Assembly (NCBI GenBank): GCA_965649765.1
Contig: OZ287755.1
Span: 33,356,001 to 33,420,000 of the forward strand
Origin: Bispira polyomma
Lineage: Eukaryota
Reading direction: 5' to 3'
Length of the DNA stretch: 64,000 bases
The translations under genes and the position numbers were made by a program. Position 1 is the stretch's first letter. Each line of letters begins with the position of its first letter. The notes below the pieces were generated by a model, which had not been told where the DNA came from, made no database searches, and saw only the letters and a list, made by a program, of their open reading frames with translations. Positions 62,778 through 64,000 of this stretch are shown piece by piece.

Positions 62778-63619
62778 CTAATAGAAATACATCATGTTCG
62801 GATAATATAGGGTTCTTATATAGGGCCATTGGAGTCTAGTATTAGAAATATATTCTGTTCAGAAAATACAGGGTTCAATACAGCCACCATTGGGGTCTAA
62901 TAGAAACACATTGGAGCAATTCTACTTTACTGAGATGTATAAGTGGATTTACAAGTAATTGGGATGCACAAAGCTACTTACATGTGGATATACAAGCAAA
63001 AATGGTTTTAAAATGTTATATTAAAATAGAGAATGTGTTCAATTTTATAAAATACAAAAAAAAATGTTGTTTATTAGTTAGGGGTTTTTAATGTTGCTTT
63101 CAACAGCTTAGGTTATATCACATCGCCCAGATTCAAATGGTGGAAAGAATCTAGTGCTGAAGAACTGTAAACCACTGGCCTACGACAAGTACCTGACAAA
63201 CTTTTGCCCATAAGAATAAACAGGATTTGAACCAGAGAGCAGTGATTGTGGCCTAATAGTGCCTACCAACTTAATCACTTAATCATGAAGCAGGCACATC
63301 TAACTGCTAGGCAAGACCTGCCCCAAAGTAAAATATGTTTACTTTACATCATTGATATGTATAATGTCCCTGGCATCAACCAAGAACCCAAGCAATGAAC
63401 TTTTGTCTATATCTAAAAACCATTTATGTTCTACTGGTACTCTATATATGTGTACATGAGAAAGATACTTTACTGTAGCATTCCAGGGACCCGTATTCAC
63501 AAACTTTTCTTTTTATAGTCTCTTTTTAAGCCAATACTTTGAAAAAAATATTCTCATCCAATCAAATTGACTGACACAAAAACTTTAGGATTAAGAATCC
63601 CCAGGAGTTATTTTTTTAC

Positions 63620-63730
63620 CTCCAAGTCCTTGATCTTTGTTTCATAGTCCACTCTCATCTGATCGTGATCCACCCAGAGTGACTCAAATTTCCTTCTAGT
63701 TTTCACATGACCTCCCTTCTCACTGAGTAG
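63620..63730 (-). CDS. GOLGA3: GOLGA3 exon (LLSEKGGHVKTRRKFESLWVDHDQMRVDYETKIKDLE)
   Basis: gtttag|CTA; GAG|gtaaaa; 111 nt. Confidence 0.8.
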
Positions 63731-64000
63731 CTAAACACAGTGAAATACCAGTTAATACACCGTACTACGGCCATCACAGTCTCCAGAAATAGAGTGAAAT
63801 GGGTCAGAAAGAGGGACAAGCAAAAGATCCACTGGTAGATGAATATATTAAGGTAGCCATAGATATATCTAGTAGTGCTTTTGTGGTATGATCGATATGT
63901 TGCATTTCGTTTTACTTTTGACAAATTTAGTGATCACCACTATGAAGTGTCCATTTCCTTGCATTAGGCTTTGCCAGAAGAGTGGGCCTTCAGAAGAGTG

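Larger units (their letters stand above)
55670..63730 (-). other. GOLGA3: Gene span (5'-partial): golgin subfamily A member 3 (golgin-160) homolog, 7 visible coding exons
   Basis: The spliced peptide KEPLVDEHIKSLEWQLQEKGQEIFAAKQQLGLIE...SLEKLL...KPLSFLQATLSDLRGEISTLQTQMDMHSTALQSSSQSW aligns by eye with the recalled human GOLGA3 C-terminus (KQPVGNQEMENLKWEVDQKEREIQSLKQQLDLTE...EPLKNLNSCLQQLKQEMDSLQRQMEEH...SW). Confidence 0.8.

Overview
AT-rich animal genomic DNA with spliceosomal introns, tRNA-SINEs, LINEs, a Penelope element and DIRS relics. A lophotrochozoan, probably a mollusc, is my inference from the repeat style. Most short ORFs in the track are noise. Two convergent spliced genes could be reconstructed by eye: the 3' part of MYBBP1A (+ strand, 13 exons, 2772-36050) and the 3' part of a GOLGA3/golgin-160 homolog (- strand, 7 exons, 63730-55670). 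A nest of decayed retroelements lies between them (37.1-44.6 kb). The main find sits antisense inside the 21-kb MYBBP1A intron: 15 pre-miRNA-like hairpins (10.19-17.80 kb) plus one deleted copy. All share a 3p arm beginning UAAAUGCA and containing UGGCAC, which carries the miR-277 family seed AAAUGCA. Support comes from G:U strand asymmetry, CNNC Drosha motifs, visible tandem-duplication blocks, and a candidate TATA promoter with a splice donor just upstream on the same strand. A second pattern is that four exon/intron junctions in the two genes have themselves been tandemly amplified (about 50, 25, 5 and 3 copies of the splice site). All coordinates and counts were read by eye; repeat boundaries are approximate.
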